From the NCBI RefSeq assembly GCF_008189405.1, contig NZ_CP043316.1, forward strand, positions 390,001 to 422,000: a stretch of DNA of 32,000 nt, written 5' to 3'. The DNA comes from Candidatus Saccharimonadota bacterium (GTDB lineage Bacteria; Pseudomonadota; Alphaproteobacteria; CAJXXZ01; 1604HC). The translations under genes and the position numbers were made by a program. Numbering within the stretch: position 1 is the stretch's first letter; each line of letters begins with the position of its first letter. Positions 9,356 to 21,860 of this stretch are shown here, piece after piece. A model generated the notes under the pieces. The model was not told the DNA's origin and did not search any database. It saw nothing but the letters and a program-made list of their open reading frames with translations.

Positions 9356-9634
9356 TCTGAATTAAATCAAAAGAACCAAAATGCTGCTGCAATCAGGCTT
9401 GCAGAACAAAATAAAATAAATTTAGAAAAGAATCCAAATACAACTGAAGGTGAAAAGGTTGCAGAAAAGTATGAAAAATCAGGACAATATGAAAAAGCTG
9501 CACAATTATATAAAGAAGCTGCAGAGCAATATGTTAGTAATGCAGAAGAAGATCAAGATGAAAAGCAAGCAGAAATAGCTGCAGAATTATATAAAAAAGC
9601 AGCACAATTATATGCAAAAACAGATAAGAATGAA

Positions 9635-11593
9635 TTGTCTGGAGAGCTATATACTATAGCTGCCAAGCAATATTTTAGTGCAAATAAAAATAAAAATGCT
9701 GCAGAATCGCATGAAAAGGCTGCATTCATGTATGAAGCATGCAAGTCTAAATATAAATCCACACGAGATAAGTATATTGAAAACGCTATTGAGCAATATA
9801 TAGAATCTGCAAAACTTTATGAACAACTCAAACAGTATGAAAAATCTGCACAGCAATACATCAAAATAAATCAACATAGCAAAGCTGCAGAGCAATATGA
9901 AGAAGCAGAAAATTATGATAATGCTGCAACCAATTACATTAAAGCGGAACAATATGTTAAAGCGGCTCAATGCTATTCACGCGATGCTGCAAAACATGAA
10001 GATGTTGCAACTCAGCATGAAAATCAAGGAAATAAGCATAAACAAAATAATCAATATAAAAGTTCTGCTGAACAATATAGCAATGCATCTAGACAATCTT
10101 CTGAAGCTGCTAAACAATATATAAAATCTGGACAACAGTATGAGAAAGCACAACAATACGAAGATGCTATAGAACAGTATAAAAGTGCTGCTGAACAGCA
10201 CATAAAATCCTCAAGTCAATATATAAAACTCCATGAACAAATGGAATTAGAATATGAACGCCAAAAACAGTGTGGCACTTTTAAACCTGATCATATAGTA
10301 AATCTTCAACGAAAGGGTCTTAATAGCACAATAGAAAAGCATTACGACCAATCTTCTACACAATATGCAGCTGCAGCAAAAATTCATGAAGAATCAAAAC
10401 AATTTGACAGGTCTGCATTAATATACATTGTTATTGCACAACAATACGAAAAAGCAAGCTTTCACCTCAAATCAGCACAACAATATGCAAAAGCTGCCGA
10501 ACAATATGAGAAAGATGGAACGCAATATACTCAATATGGCGAACAAAAAAAGCAGCAGTATATAAAAGCTGCTGAACAATATATAAAATCTGGACAACAA
10601 TATAGAGAGTGCCATAAAAAAAACGAAGCTGCTGAACAATACGAAAAATCTGCACAATCATATGAGAAAGCAAATAAATCTATAGATGCATCAAATTTAT
10701 ATGAAGTAGCAGCAAAACGATATTCTGAAGCATTGCGCGATACAAAATCTGCTGAGCTTTATGAAAAACTCACACAATATGAAAATGCTGCCGCCTCATA
10801 TATAGAATATGCTAACCGTTTTGCGAATAATTGGCACTCAAAAACACGAGCAGATAACCCACTTATATATATAAAAGCAGCAAATCTATATGAACGAATC
10901 AATCAATATGAAAACGCTGCTAAAGCATACGATAGCGCTGGTGCAGGATATACAAAAGAAAAAATGCATAAAGAAGCTGCTGAACAATATATGATGTCTG
11001 CGCAAAATTATGTTATTAGACCATGTAATGAATATGAAAAGGCCGCTGAGCAATATGTAAAGGCTGCTGAGCAATACGTAAAAGCAAATCAATCTGAAAA
11101 GGCCGTAAAATTGTATATAAATGCTGCACAAAATTATGTCATGGGATCATGCAGTGAGCACGTGAAATCAGCTGAACAATATATAAAAGCTGCAGAGCAA
11201 TATAAACAAATAGAGCAATATGAAAATGCTGCTGTGCACTATAATAATGCTGCACAAAAATATATAACTGCAAAAATAGATGATAAGGCAGCTCATCAAT
11301 ATTTGTGTTCAGCTGTGCAATACAAAAATGCAGGCAAATCTTTAGATTCAATAAATCAATATACAAAAGCAGCAAATACTTATGAAAAATTAGCACAAAA
11401 GTGTTCATCAGACACACCAAAAAAGCAACTATATTCCCAAGCTGCTGAGCAATATAAAAATGCAAATAAACATACAAAAGCAGATGAAATGCATAATGAA
11501 GCTAATAAAATTATAATCCCACGACATGCCCTATCTCACCGCAGAGTGCATAAATCAACAAGGGTAAGAAGATCTACCCCTACACAAAATTGA
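9635..11593 (+). CDS. AAEQY/YEKAA helical-repeat protein (paralog 2); coordinates from first canonical start (TTG), coding signature extends upstream to 9356
   Basis: 652-codon ORF of the same repeat type as 2..1198. The in-frame repeat sequence EKYEKSGQYEKAAQLYKEAAEQY starts near 9464 with no ATG/GTG/TTG between 9356 and 9634. Stop is TGA 11591-11593, immediately followed by TAA. Confidence 0.7.
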   Translation: MSGELYTIAAKQYFSANKNKNAAESHEKAAFMYEACKSKYKSTRDKYIENAIEQYIESAKLYEQLKQYEKSAQQYIKINQHSKAAEQYEEAENYDNAATNYIKAEQYVKAAQCYSRDAAKHEDVATQHENQGNKHKQNNQYKSSAEQYSNASRQSSEAAKQYIKSGQQYEKAQQYEDAIEQYKSAAEQHIKSSSQYIKLHEQMELEYERQKQCGTFKPDHIVNLQRKGLNSTIEKHYDQSSTQYAAAAKIHEESKQFDRSALIYIVIAQQYEKASFHLKSAQQYAKAAEQYEKDGTQYTQYGEQKKQQYIKAAEQYIKSGQQYRECHKKNEAAEQYEKSAQSYEKANKSIDASNLYEVAAKRYSEALRDTKSAELYEKLTQYENAAASYIEYANRFANNWHSKTRADNPLIYIKAANLYERINQYENAAKAYDSAGAGYTKEKMHKEAAEQYMMSAQNYVIRPCNEYEKAAEQYVKAAEQYVKANQSEKAVKLYINAAQNYVMGSCSEHVKSAEQYIKAAEQYKQIEQYENAAVHYNNAAQKYITAKIDDKAAHQYLCSAVQYKNAGKSLDSINQYTKAANTYEKLAQKCSSDTPKKQLYSQAAEQYKNANKHTKADEMHNEANKIIIPRHALSHRRVHKSTRVRRSTPTQN

Positions 11594-11851
11594 TAAATAT
11601 CTAACAAAAGAATTAGCATTAAATATTCGCTCATTGAGCAATTCAATGAAATGGAGAAAGTGGGTCAACACTGTAGGGCTCAAAATATGCTTGATAGAGC
11701 AAATAAAATAAAATAATCTTTCATATATAAAAAGCAGCTCTATTGAAAATCACTTTAGCTATTTCCCTCCCCCAGTATAATCACCTCAAAAATTCATCAT
11801 TTTAATGAAAATTTAAATTTTAGTTGATTGTTATCTTAAGTGTAATATAAT

Positions 11852-11857
11852 AGGAGG
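11852..11857 (+). promoter_or_regulatory. Shine-Dalgarno AGGAGG for atpH
   Basis: AGGAGG lies 3 nt before ATG 11861. TTGATT (11824-11829), a 16-nt spacer and TATAAT (11846-11851) sit directly upstream, but that would leave almost no leader. Confidence 0.5.
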
Positions 11858-11860
11858 GTT

Positions 11861-12358
11861 ATGAGCTTACAGCATTCAGTTTGGAGTAATGTGCCTGTAG
11901 ATCGCATTAGTGATTTGACAGCAGATATTCTGAAAATATACATTTTTAGGAAAAAGGAAAATGATACCTGGAATTCGATTCCAATACTTAATCTAGACCT
12001 TGAAAACACTCTAAATCTATCAAAAATATCAAATGATATAATATCTTATGTATACAATTCATGTACTTGGTCAGACTTCAATCAATTTATTTCTATGATG
12101 TATAGGCAATGCTCAATATGCAAAAGCAATATAAATAATGTTCAAGTTATTTTATCTAAGCCTGATGAAGAATTAGAGCAAATCGTAAGAAAATTCATTG
12201 TGGATCAGTTTGAAAATGATGTAAATATAATATTTAAATACAAAATATCCATCTTAGGCGGTGTTATGATTGACATTGGATCTATCAGAATTGATGCTTC
12301 TTATGGTAATATGTTGAATAAGTTTATTGGAGAATTGCATGAATCGTTTAAAGCTTGA
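11861..12358 (+). CDS. atpH: F0F1 ATP synthase subunit delta (OSCP), short and divergent
   Basis: Position as the first gene of the atpHAGDC order. The C-terminal ILGGVMIDIGSIRIDASYGNMLNKF resembles the conserved delta C-terminus (GG..v..G...iD.S....L). Confidence 0.7.
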   Translation: MSLQHSVWSNVPVDRISDLTADILKIYIFRKKENDTWNSIPILNLDLENTLNLSKISNDIISYVYNSCTWSDFNQFISMMYRQCSICKSNINNVQVILSKPDEELEQIVRKFIVDQFENDVNIIFKYKISILGGVMIDIGSIRIDASYGNMLNKFIGELHESFKA

Positions 12359-13858
12359 GGATATTATAAATGGAATTAAAGCTAAAATAGATACCTTAGA
12401 TACAAATATAGATATTTACGAAACTGGGAAGGTAGAAACTGTTGCTGATGGAATTTGCAATGTTTTGGGATTATCTGACGCTATATATGGAGAGGTTATC
12501 GTTTTTGAAAACAAACAAAGAGGGTTAATCGTAGAGTTATTGGAAGATAATGTAAAAGTAGCCATTCTAAATTCTGATCCAAAAATAATATCTGGAATGA
12601 TTGCATACAGAACAAAGCAAATACTTAAAGTTAAAGTAGGACCAGCAATGCTAGGTAGAGTTGTAAATGCATTTGGTGATCCAATTGATGGAAAAGGTGA
12701 TATTAATACTGATTTAGAGCAAGTTGTAATGGCAGAATCTCCACAAATCATAGACCGAAAAAAAGTTAGCGAACCTCTCTATACTGGTGTTAAAATGATT
12801 GATGCATTGATTCCTATAGGATATGGGCAAAGAGAGTTGATTCTGGGAGATAGAAGAACTGGAAAAACCACAATAGCAATTGGCACAATCTTAAATCAAA
12901 AAGAAAATTACCAAAAAGGGAAACCAGTCTATTGTGTTTACGTGTTTATAGGTAAAAAAGCCTCTGATGCAGCAAAATTAGCGAAATATCTTGAAGAACA
13001 AGATGCAATGAAATATACAACTTTTGTAATTGCTTCAGCAGACGATCCAGCTGTGTTTCAGTATTTAGCTCCATATGTTGGAACAGCAATTGCAGAATAT
13101 TACAGAGATAATGGAGAGCATGCATTAATTATTTATGATGATTTATCTAAACATGCTATAGCATATAGGGAAATTTCACTATTGTTGAAACGTTTTCCTG
13201 GAAGAGAAGCATATCCTGGAGATATTTTCTTCCTACACTCTAGCTTGTTAGAAAGATCAGCTTGTATGAGCGATGAAAAAGGTGGTGGATCGTTAACAGC
13301 TTTGCCAATCATTGAAACATTAGAAGGAGATATTTCTTCATATATTTCTACAAATGTGATTTCAATTACTGATGGTCAGATTTTCATGGATAAGAACCTA
13401 TTTTTATACGGGCAACGACCTGCAATCAACACAAATATATCTGTAAGTAGAGTTGGTGGATCAGCACAAACACAGGCTATGAGAAAAGTATCTGGAATGC
13501 TTAAGTTGGAATTAGCACAATATGCTGAATTAAAAGAATTTTCTAGATTCTTAACAGATATTGATGAAACTACTGAAAAAGCTTTAAGAAGAGGTGAAGC
13601 AGTAACAAGAATATTGAGGCAAGGTGCTAACCAGCTGTACTCATTTGAAGATGAAATACTTGTGATTTTTGGATGCAACTTAGGATGCTTTGATAATTAT
13701 CCAATAGATAAATTACAAGAAGCTGAAAAACAATTCTTATCTCAATTTAGAAAAGAAAACTTTAGCATATTAGATAAATTAATTAAAACAAAAGTGATTG
13801 ACGAAGAAATAGATTCCACTGTGAAGAAGTTTGTAAAGAAATTCAAGGAACAGTCTAT

Positions 13859-13862
<4 letters not shown>
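12339..13862 (+). CDS. atpA: F0F1 ATP synthase subunit alpha
   Basis: Walker A GDRRTGKTT. Conserved stretches include YDDLSKHAIAYREISLLLKRFPGREAYPGDIFFLHSSLLER and ITDGQIF. ATG 12339 is preferred over the listed TTG 12327 and overlaps the atpH stop. Confidence 0.95.
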
Positions 13863-16067
<2,205 letters not shown>

Positions 16068-16068
16068 T

Positions 16069-16449
16069 ATGTTTCTTTCTATCACATCTGGAGTAAAAGA
16101 AGTGATTCATGAGAAAGTATTTATGATTGGGTTTAACAATTATAATGGGATGAAAGCTGTATATTATGGACATAAAAGTTTCGTCATGTCAGTTCCTGCA
16201 AACACATTATTTGTTTTATTAGAAAAATCTCATAAATTATATTCTATTGGCAATGCATTAATCAAAAAAAGAAAAGAAAACTTATACGTTATCACACACT
16301 ATATTGATAATGATCAAAAACTGAAAATTCAGCCTAAATTACAAGAAAAATGGGATCAAATCGTAAAAGCATATAAAAAAAATTGGTCTAGAGAGAACTG
16401 GTTTGAACAAAATAAAGATCATGCAATTAATTTGATTCCGAAGATATAA
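16069..16449 (+). CDS. atpC: F0F1 ATP synthase subunit epsilon, divergent
   Basis: Starts 1 nt after the atpD stop. Size (126 aa) and position fit epsilon, and there is a weak match to the beta-sandwich N-domain pattern (GMKAVYYGHKSFV). Confidence 0.65.
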   Translation: MFLSITSGVKEVIHEKVFMIGFNNYNGMKAVYYGHKSFVMSVPANTLFVLLEKSHKLYSIGNALIKKRKENLYVITHYIDNDQKLKIQPKLQEKWDQIVKAYKKNWSRENWFEQNKDHAINLIPKI

Positions 16450-16476
16450 GCTGAGTAAGGTAAGGAACAGAAACAA

Positions 16477-18060
16477 ATGGAATTAGTAGATAGTATTAAG
16501 TCTTCTGTAAAATTATCAGATGTTGTAAGAAGGTATGTTAATATACAAAGTAGTTCTACTAAAAAGCTATATATCTGCTGCCCTTTCCATAGTGAAAAAA
16601 GTCCATCATGTGCTATTCAAGATGATATAGGTTTGTTTCACTGTTTTGGGTGTGGAGCTAGTGGAGATTCAATTAAGTTTGTAGAGAAAATGGATAACAT
16701 TCCCTTTTTAGAAGCATGTAAGAAGATTGCAGATTGGTTTAACATACAGTATTCAACAAGCAATAAAAAACATGACCCTAATTTAAAAGCAATGGCTAAA
16801 CTCAAAGACTGGTTTGTTAAAAACTTAAATTCTAATTTAACTGCAATAGAATATTTAAAAAACCGTGGCTTAAATTATGAAACAATACAGAAATTCGAGA
16901 TGGGGTGGATTCCAAATATTCAAGATGTATATAATTTTTGCGCATCTCAGAAAATCACAAATAATACTATGGAACAAATTGGATTTAAAAATAGTTTATT
17001 GAAAATATTCCAGAATAGGATCATTATGCCTATATATAATAACAGTAAAATATGTGCATTTGGTGCTAGGAAACTTACTGAACAACAATATGGCCCTAAA
17101 TACATCAATAGCCCTGAAACTGCGTATTTCAAAAAATCCAAAATATTATATGGAATGAATTTAATTGATAAATCAAAGCCTATTATTTTAGTTGAGGGAT
17201 ATATGGATGTAATCGCTTTACATCAACATAATATAAATGCTGTAGCTTCAAATGGAACAGCTATTTCGTACGAACATATTCAACAAGGGTGTAGTTTCGG
17301 CAAAGAGTTAGTTATTTGCTTAGATGGAGATAATGCTGGACTCAATGGAATGAAGAGGATAATAGATACAGTATTACCACACTTAAACGAAAATTTTCTT
17401 ATATCTTTCATGATTTTGCCAAATAATGAAGATCCTGATTCGTTTTTAAGAAAATATGGCAAACAAAAATGGGAGAGTATAGCCAAAGATAGAATTGCAT
17501 TAGTTGATGCATGTTGGAAATTATTTTTCAAAACCAGTGATATTCCAGAAGTGCAATATAAATACTATAAAGAAATTCTTGATTTAGGTGATAAAATACA
17601 AAATCATAATATTAAGGAGCTTTATAAGAAAAAATGGAAGGAAAAGTGGAGCAAAGATGTAATGCAGTATAAAAGCAATCAATATAAAAATCACAAAAAT
17701 AAATCTAGTTATATAAAAAACAGTATGCCTAACAAACACATTGAAAATATAAAACATACATATGAAAAGATTTTATTTGCTATTATTTTAAATAATCCTG
17801 AAATATATGATGAAATTTGTGAAGATTTTTTATACCTTAACTTCTCTGATAATATGAGTAAAATGCATGAAATCATTCCTGAATGGATAACACATCATAC
17901 AAAGAAACTTGACTTTTTTGAACAAAAGGGATGTACTAATCTAGTGGAGTTATGCCTTTCTGATACTATTATGCAGTTAGCGCCTTTTGCGTTTTCTAAA
18001 AATAGTAAAGAAAATTTAGTAAAAATGTGGCAATTTATACTTAATAAACATAGGGAGTAA
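16477..18060 (+). CDS. dnaG: DNA primase DnaG
   Basis: Zinc-ribbon [11 protein letters not shown]...[16 protein letters not shown] motifs [12 protein letters not shown] and LDGDNAG. Confidence 0.94.
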   Translation: MELVDSIKSSVKLSDVVRRYVNIQSSSTKKLYICCPFHSEKSPSCAIQDDIGLFHCFGCGASGDSIKFVEKMDNIPFLEACKKIADWFNIQYSTSNKKHDPNLKAMAKLKDWFVKNLNSNLTAIEYLKNRGLNYETIQKFEMGWIPNIQDVYNFCASQKITNNTMEQIGFKNSLLKIFQNRIIMPIYNNSKICAFGARKLTEQQYGPKYINSPETAYFKKSKILYGMNLIDKSKPIILVEGYMDVIALHQHNINAVASNGTAISYEHIQQGCSFGKELVICLDGDNAGLNGMKRIIDTVLPHLNENFLISFMILPNNEDPDSFLRKYGKQKWESIAKDRIALVDACWKLFFKTSDIPEVQYKYYKEILDLGDKIQNHNIKELYKKKWKEKWSKDVMQYKSNQYKNHKNKSSYIKNSMPNKHIENIKHTYEKILFAIILNNPEIYDEICEDFLYLNFSDNMSKMHEIIPEWITHHTKKLDFFEQKGCTNLVELCLSDTIMQLAPFAFSKNSKENLVKMWQFILNKHRE

Positions 18061-18062
18061 AA

Positions 18063-19661
18063 ATGGGAAAAAGCATTAATAGACATTTTCCGCTTGAAGA
18101 TAAAAATATTAGCTCAGAATCAAGTGAGAAAAATGATGATGAAATTGTATTTGATGATATAAAATCTTCAAAAAGTTCTGCAGCGAATGATGATCCTGTC
18201 CGTATGTATTTAAGAGAAATGGGAAATGTTCCATTATTATCTAGAGAAGAAGAAATTGAAGTAGCAAAAAAAATTGAAGAAGGTAGTGATTTAATGATTA
18301 GTGCTATTTGTGAAAGCACTATCACTGTCAAAAGAATTTTAGAATGGCATGATGCAATAAAAAAGCAACATATGCACCCTTCTGAATTAATAGACGTTGA
18401 AGATAGCACATCTACTGATGAAGAGAACTGCTTTGAAACTGATGAAGATAGTGATGAGCCTAAATATGATTTAGAAGCTTTAGAAAAAAATATGCAAAAT
18501 TTAGATCAAGTATATAAGAAATTCAAAAAAGTACAAAATCAAAAATTAGAATTTATTAATGAAGATAAAGAAGTTAGTGAATCTGTTATGAATAAATATC
18601 AGAAGACTCATAAAGATCTAACCCAATGTATAATTGAACTAAGAATAAGCTACCTTTGCATTGATAAGCTAATTAATGAGATGTACAGCTTAAATAAAGA
18701 AATTATAAAGCTAGAAATAGAAGTAATTAAATTAGCTGAAAAGCAAAAAATAAAAAGAAATATTTTTGTTGCGCATATGAATAAAAATCCAATTAAAAAC
18801 ACTCAAGTTAAAGAGTTTTTTGAAAAGAATTCAGGGTTTATTAAAGAGAATGAGATGAAGATGAATTCAATTACTAATCACATCAACTTACCTTTAAAAG
18901 AATTCAAACGAATTATTAAGTCACTAAAAACTGGTGAGAAAATCATGTCTAAAAACAAAAACATAATGGTTTCTGCCAACTTGAGACTTGTAATTTCTAT
19001 TGCTAAAAAATATACAAACCGTGGATTGCAATTCTTAGATTTGATTCAAGAGGGAAATATTGGATTAATGAAGGCAGTTGATAAATTTGAGTATACTAGA
19101 GGATATAAATTCTCTACTTATGCAACATGGTGGATTAGACAGGCAATCACAAGGGCAATTGCCGATCAGGCTAGAACAATTCGTATTCCTGTGCATATGA
19201 TTGAGACGATTAATAGGGTTGTTAAAGCATCTAGGCAGTTACTACATGAAAATGGGAAAGATCCCTCACCTGAAGAGATCAGTGAATATTTGAGTATTCC
19301 TGTTGATCGCGTACGTAGAGTTCAGAAGATCTCCAAAGAGCCTGTAAGCTTAGAATTACCTGTAGGTAGCAGTGAAGATGGGCAGTTGGGTGATTTCATT
19401 GAAGATCAAAGTGCTGTTTCTCCTATGGATGCTATGATGCAATCTAGTGTAAGGAATGCGATTTCGAAATCATTCTCACATTTGACCAGTCGTGAAGAAA
19501 TGTTGCTTAGATTACGTTTCGGACTAGGAACAAAAAGCGACCATACTTTGGAAGAAGTTGGAGAGAAATTCAAAGTCACAAGAGAGCGTATTCGTCAGAT
19601 TGAGGCGAAGGCAATTCGTAAGTTGTTTAATCTAAAAGCGCTACGCTCTTTGTACAATTAA
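18063..19661 (+). CDS. rpoD: RNA polymerase primary sigma factor RpoD
   Basis: [11 protein letters not shown] (region 1.2), [39 protein letters not shown] (region 2), [27 protein letters not shown] (region 4.2). Starts 2 nt after the dnaG stop. Confidence 0.96.
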   Translation: MGKSINRHFPLEDKNISSESSEKNDDEIVFDDIKSSKSSAANDDPVRMYLREMGNVPLLSREEEIEVAKKIEEGSDLMISAICESTITVKRILEWHDAIKKQHMHPSELIDVEDSTSTDEENCFETDEDSDEPKYDLEALEKNMQNLDQVYKKFKKVQNQKLEFINEDKEVSESVMNKYQKTHKDLTQCIIELRISYLCIDKLINEMYSLNKEIIKLEIEVIKLAEKQKIKRNIFVAHMNKNPIKNTQVKEFFEKNSGFIKENEMKMNSITNHINLPLKEFKRIIKSLKTGEKIMSKNKNIMVSANLRLVISIAKKYTNRGLQFLDLIQEGNIGLMKAVDKFEYTRGYKFSTYATWWIRQAITRAIADQARTIRIPVHMIETINRVVKASRQLLHENGKDPSPEEISEYLSIPVDRVRRVQKISKEPVSLELPVGSSEDGQLGDFIEDQSAVSPMDAMMQSSVRNAISKSFSHLTSREEMLLRLRFGLGTKSDHTLEEVGEKFKVTRERIRQIEAKAIRKLFNLKALRSLYN

Positions 19662-19873
19662 AAGAAAATTCAACACCATACTGCATTACGTTACAACATA
19701 ACTGCAGATTATAAATCCGTATGCAAAATCAACTTGTATAATTACAAAAGACTATGTAACAAAATTAAAAAATGAAACATAATTATATTATTTAATGAAA
19801 TATTGTTAATGGGGAAACAAAAATTATGATATGCTAGAGCTTTCAGATCTCTAATTTCTCATGACTGCATTAC

Positions 19874-21562
19874 TTATTCTGATATTATAGATGATATCTT
19901 TTCTAATTTCTTTCGCAATTCTTCAATTTCTTTCCGCTGTTCATCAATTGTTTTATCCTTATCTACCATTGCTTTTTCAACAATTCTTAACATCTCTTTA
20001 TTATTTAGCACATAATTTGGATCACTATCAAACATAATTGTCCCAGAATAATAAGGTGATGCAACATAGGGCATATAAATCGGCTTACTAGAGTTACTAC
20101 TGGAAATAACATAATTTTTACCCTTAATGTATTGTTTAAATTCATCTATGTTTTCAGAAGGTTTATAGTATAAAAGCTTCTCATTTAGTTCACTACTTAA
20201 CTTATTAAATAATATTAAACTACTATAACAAGGTAGACACGGATATGTTAATAATTTTGTCATTTTATTTTTTAGTTTATATTGATCTCCATCATTACAA
20301 TAAGTTAAGCATATTTTAGAATGAATGCTGTAAGCCATCGCAACATATCTAGGCATAATATCTTCAAACACCTTACTATCTACATATGCAAATTTTTCCA
20401 TCCATCTTGTATATGGAAAAGAATCAAAATCAGCTGGAATAATAATTGCACTTACTTTAAAATAATTATTTAACTGTATCATGGCATCTACACTTGCAGT
20501 ACTTCCTGATCCATGATGTGGCGCCATACAAATAATACTATGCTGTGGTTGAGCTTGATGTGCTGGATTTTCTTGTACAGAGTCATATAACGCGTATAAT
20601 GCCTTATTTTCATTATCTATTCTTTTTCCCGTGGCCTGCATCAACGCACTAAGCCATGGATATTTCTGTAATCTTATTTTATGTCTCAGCACACCTCCAT
20701 CTGCTTCTTGATCATTTATCTTTTCTTTTAAATATGCAGGTAAATTGTCTTTCAATGTGTTCAATGTGCTATTTTCAGCATCTCCAGTACATAAAAGTGA
20801 CATAGTATCCTTATCACCATATTTATGTGCAAATGAAATAATCGGACTGGCTGCATTGTGATTTGCATTAGTATTCATAGACCATATGTATACATAATTT
20901 TGCAATTCAGAAATTATATTATCAAATCCACTTAAATATCTTCTATATCTCTCCGCTTTTTCACTAATTTCTGATTTTTCTATTTTTTCATTGATACTTC
21001 TATTTTCATTGATACTTATATATTGATTTTCAAGTTGTGCTTGAGCCTTATCCCATAATTCTTTAATATCCCCATTAAAAAAAGCAGGATTAGAATGTTC
21101 TTCATTCTTTTTATTTCTCCAATAATATGGTTCGATTGATCTATCTTTATACTGCAAACGTACTTCTTTCGCAATTTTTGTATCTTTTGTATTCCAATCA
21201 CCACATAGAAATGCAACTAGATTAAACTGCTTTAAATAACTAAAATAACCCCTCATTTCACTTATATGATCTTGTTCAGGATGAGATAATATAACTATCA
21301 ATAAATTCAAACCTTTTAGTGCTTTTAAAGCAGCATCTTTATCTATACCGTAAGTAGTAGTAGTTCCAAAATCATACATTATGCCTACTCTTTGGGGCAC
21401 TAGAGTACTATTATCCTCTTTCACCCAATATTTATTTAATTGACAATTCCCTTTACCAAAATTGAATATATAAAACTCACTTTTTTCCACCACCGAGTCG
21501 ATTTGCAGCATGCATATCATTAAGCATGTACGCTGCAAATAATTTACGAATATTTTCAACAT
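19874..21562 (-). CDS. ComEC-type MBL-fold family protein, paralog A (562 aa), possibly decaying
   Basis: Aligns with 26462..29509 across the N-terminal module: IFNFGKGNCQLN, ILSHPEQDHI (21266-21283), FLCGDWN, YVYIWSMNT, LLCTGDAENS, ICMAPHHGS. C-terminal coiled coil. No SD upstream, and the putative signal peptide is interrupted by Q/R. Confidence 0.75.
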   Translation of the reverse strand: MLKIFVNYLQRTCLMICMLQIDSVVEKSEFYIFNFGKGNCQLNKYWVKEDNSTLVPQRVGIMYDFGTTTTYGIDKDAALKALKGLNLLIVILSHPEQDHISEMRGYFSYLKQFNLVAFLCGDWNTKDTKIAKEVRLQYKDRSIEPYYWRNKKNEEHSNPAFFNGDIKELWDKAQAQLENQYISINENRSINEKIEKSEISEKAERYRRYLSGFDNIISELQNYVYIWSMNTNANHNAASPIISFAHKYGDKDTMSLLCTGDAENSTLNTLKDNLPAYLKEKINDQEADGGVLRHKIRLQKYPWLSALMQATGKRIDNENKALYALYDSVQENPAHQAQPQHSIICMAPHHGSGSTASVDAMIQLNNYFKVSAIIIPADFDSFPYTRWMEKFAYVDSKVFEDIMPRYVAMAYSIHSKICLTYCNDGDQYKLKNKMTKLLTYPCLPCYSSLILFNKLSSELNEKLLYYKPSENIDEFKQYIKGKNYVISSSNSSKPIYMPYVASPYYSGTIMFDSDPNYVLNNKEMLRIVEKAMVDKDKTIDEQRKEIEELRKKLEKISSIISE

Positions 21563-21860
21563 GATCAGACTATAACTTTATTCTTCATTACTTACAATAC
21601 ACATAGCATCCATTATTCACTGTAATATAAACAATTATCACCCTTTTCATAATTGCAAACACATAATTTTAAGTAAAATCATTATATATGATCGTAAAAT
21701 TTCTAATATATAAGTATACACTAAGTAACGATGCATGCTTAATATATCATGCATTATTTATAGCTTATATATTATGATGTATTAATTTAATGATGCAAAA
21801 TCCATTTTAGCACCTACTATGTAACAGGAGGTTGCTAAGAATTAGTAGATTGATCGCGTA

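Larger units (their letters stand above)
8771..11593 (+). pseudogene. possible single ancestral gene (signal peptide + coiled coil + AAEQY repeats) interrupted by one in-frame TAA at 9353-9355
   Basis: Both ORFs are in frame 2. Every codon from 9356 to 9634 was read by hand: there are no stops and no canonical starts, and repeat-type coding content is already present. Confidence 0.5.

Noticed and set aside
9553-11477. Minus-strand and alternative-frame ORFs inside repeat gene 2 (9553-9762, 9647-9970, 9897-10124, 9977-10201, 10467-10673, 10472-10657, 10886-11131, 11139-11477).
   Set aside because: Same reason: antisense or off-frame shadows of the 652-codon repeat ORF.
11594-11716. The frame of the repeat gene stays open for 40 more codons after the TGA-TAA double stop (ISNKRISIKYSLIEQFNEMEKVGQHCRAQNMLDRANKIK). 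This vaguely recalls the C-terminal tail of paralog 1 (AENMREKASEMEKLAKS).
   Set aside because: Two consecutive stops make read-through implausible. The similarity is short and weak, and no repeat motif is present. At most it is a relic of an older 3' end.
21826-21860. AGGAGG on the plus strand just downstream of dnaJ, followed by a TTG-initiated short ORF.
   Set aside because: The SD-to-start spacing is essentially zero, and the ORF (about 34 codons) runs antisense into the dnaJ 3' end. It is probably fortuitous.
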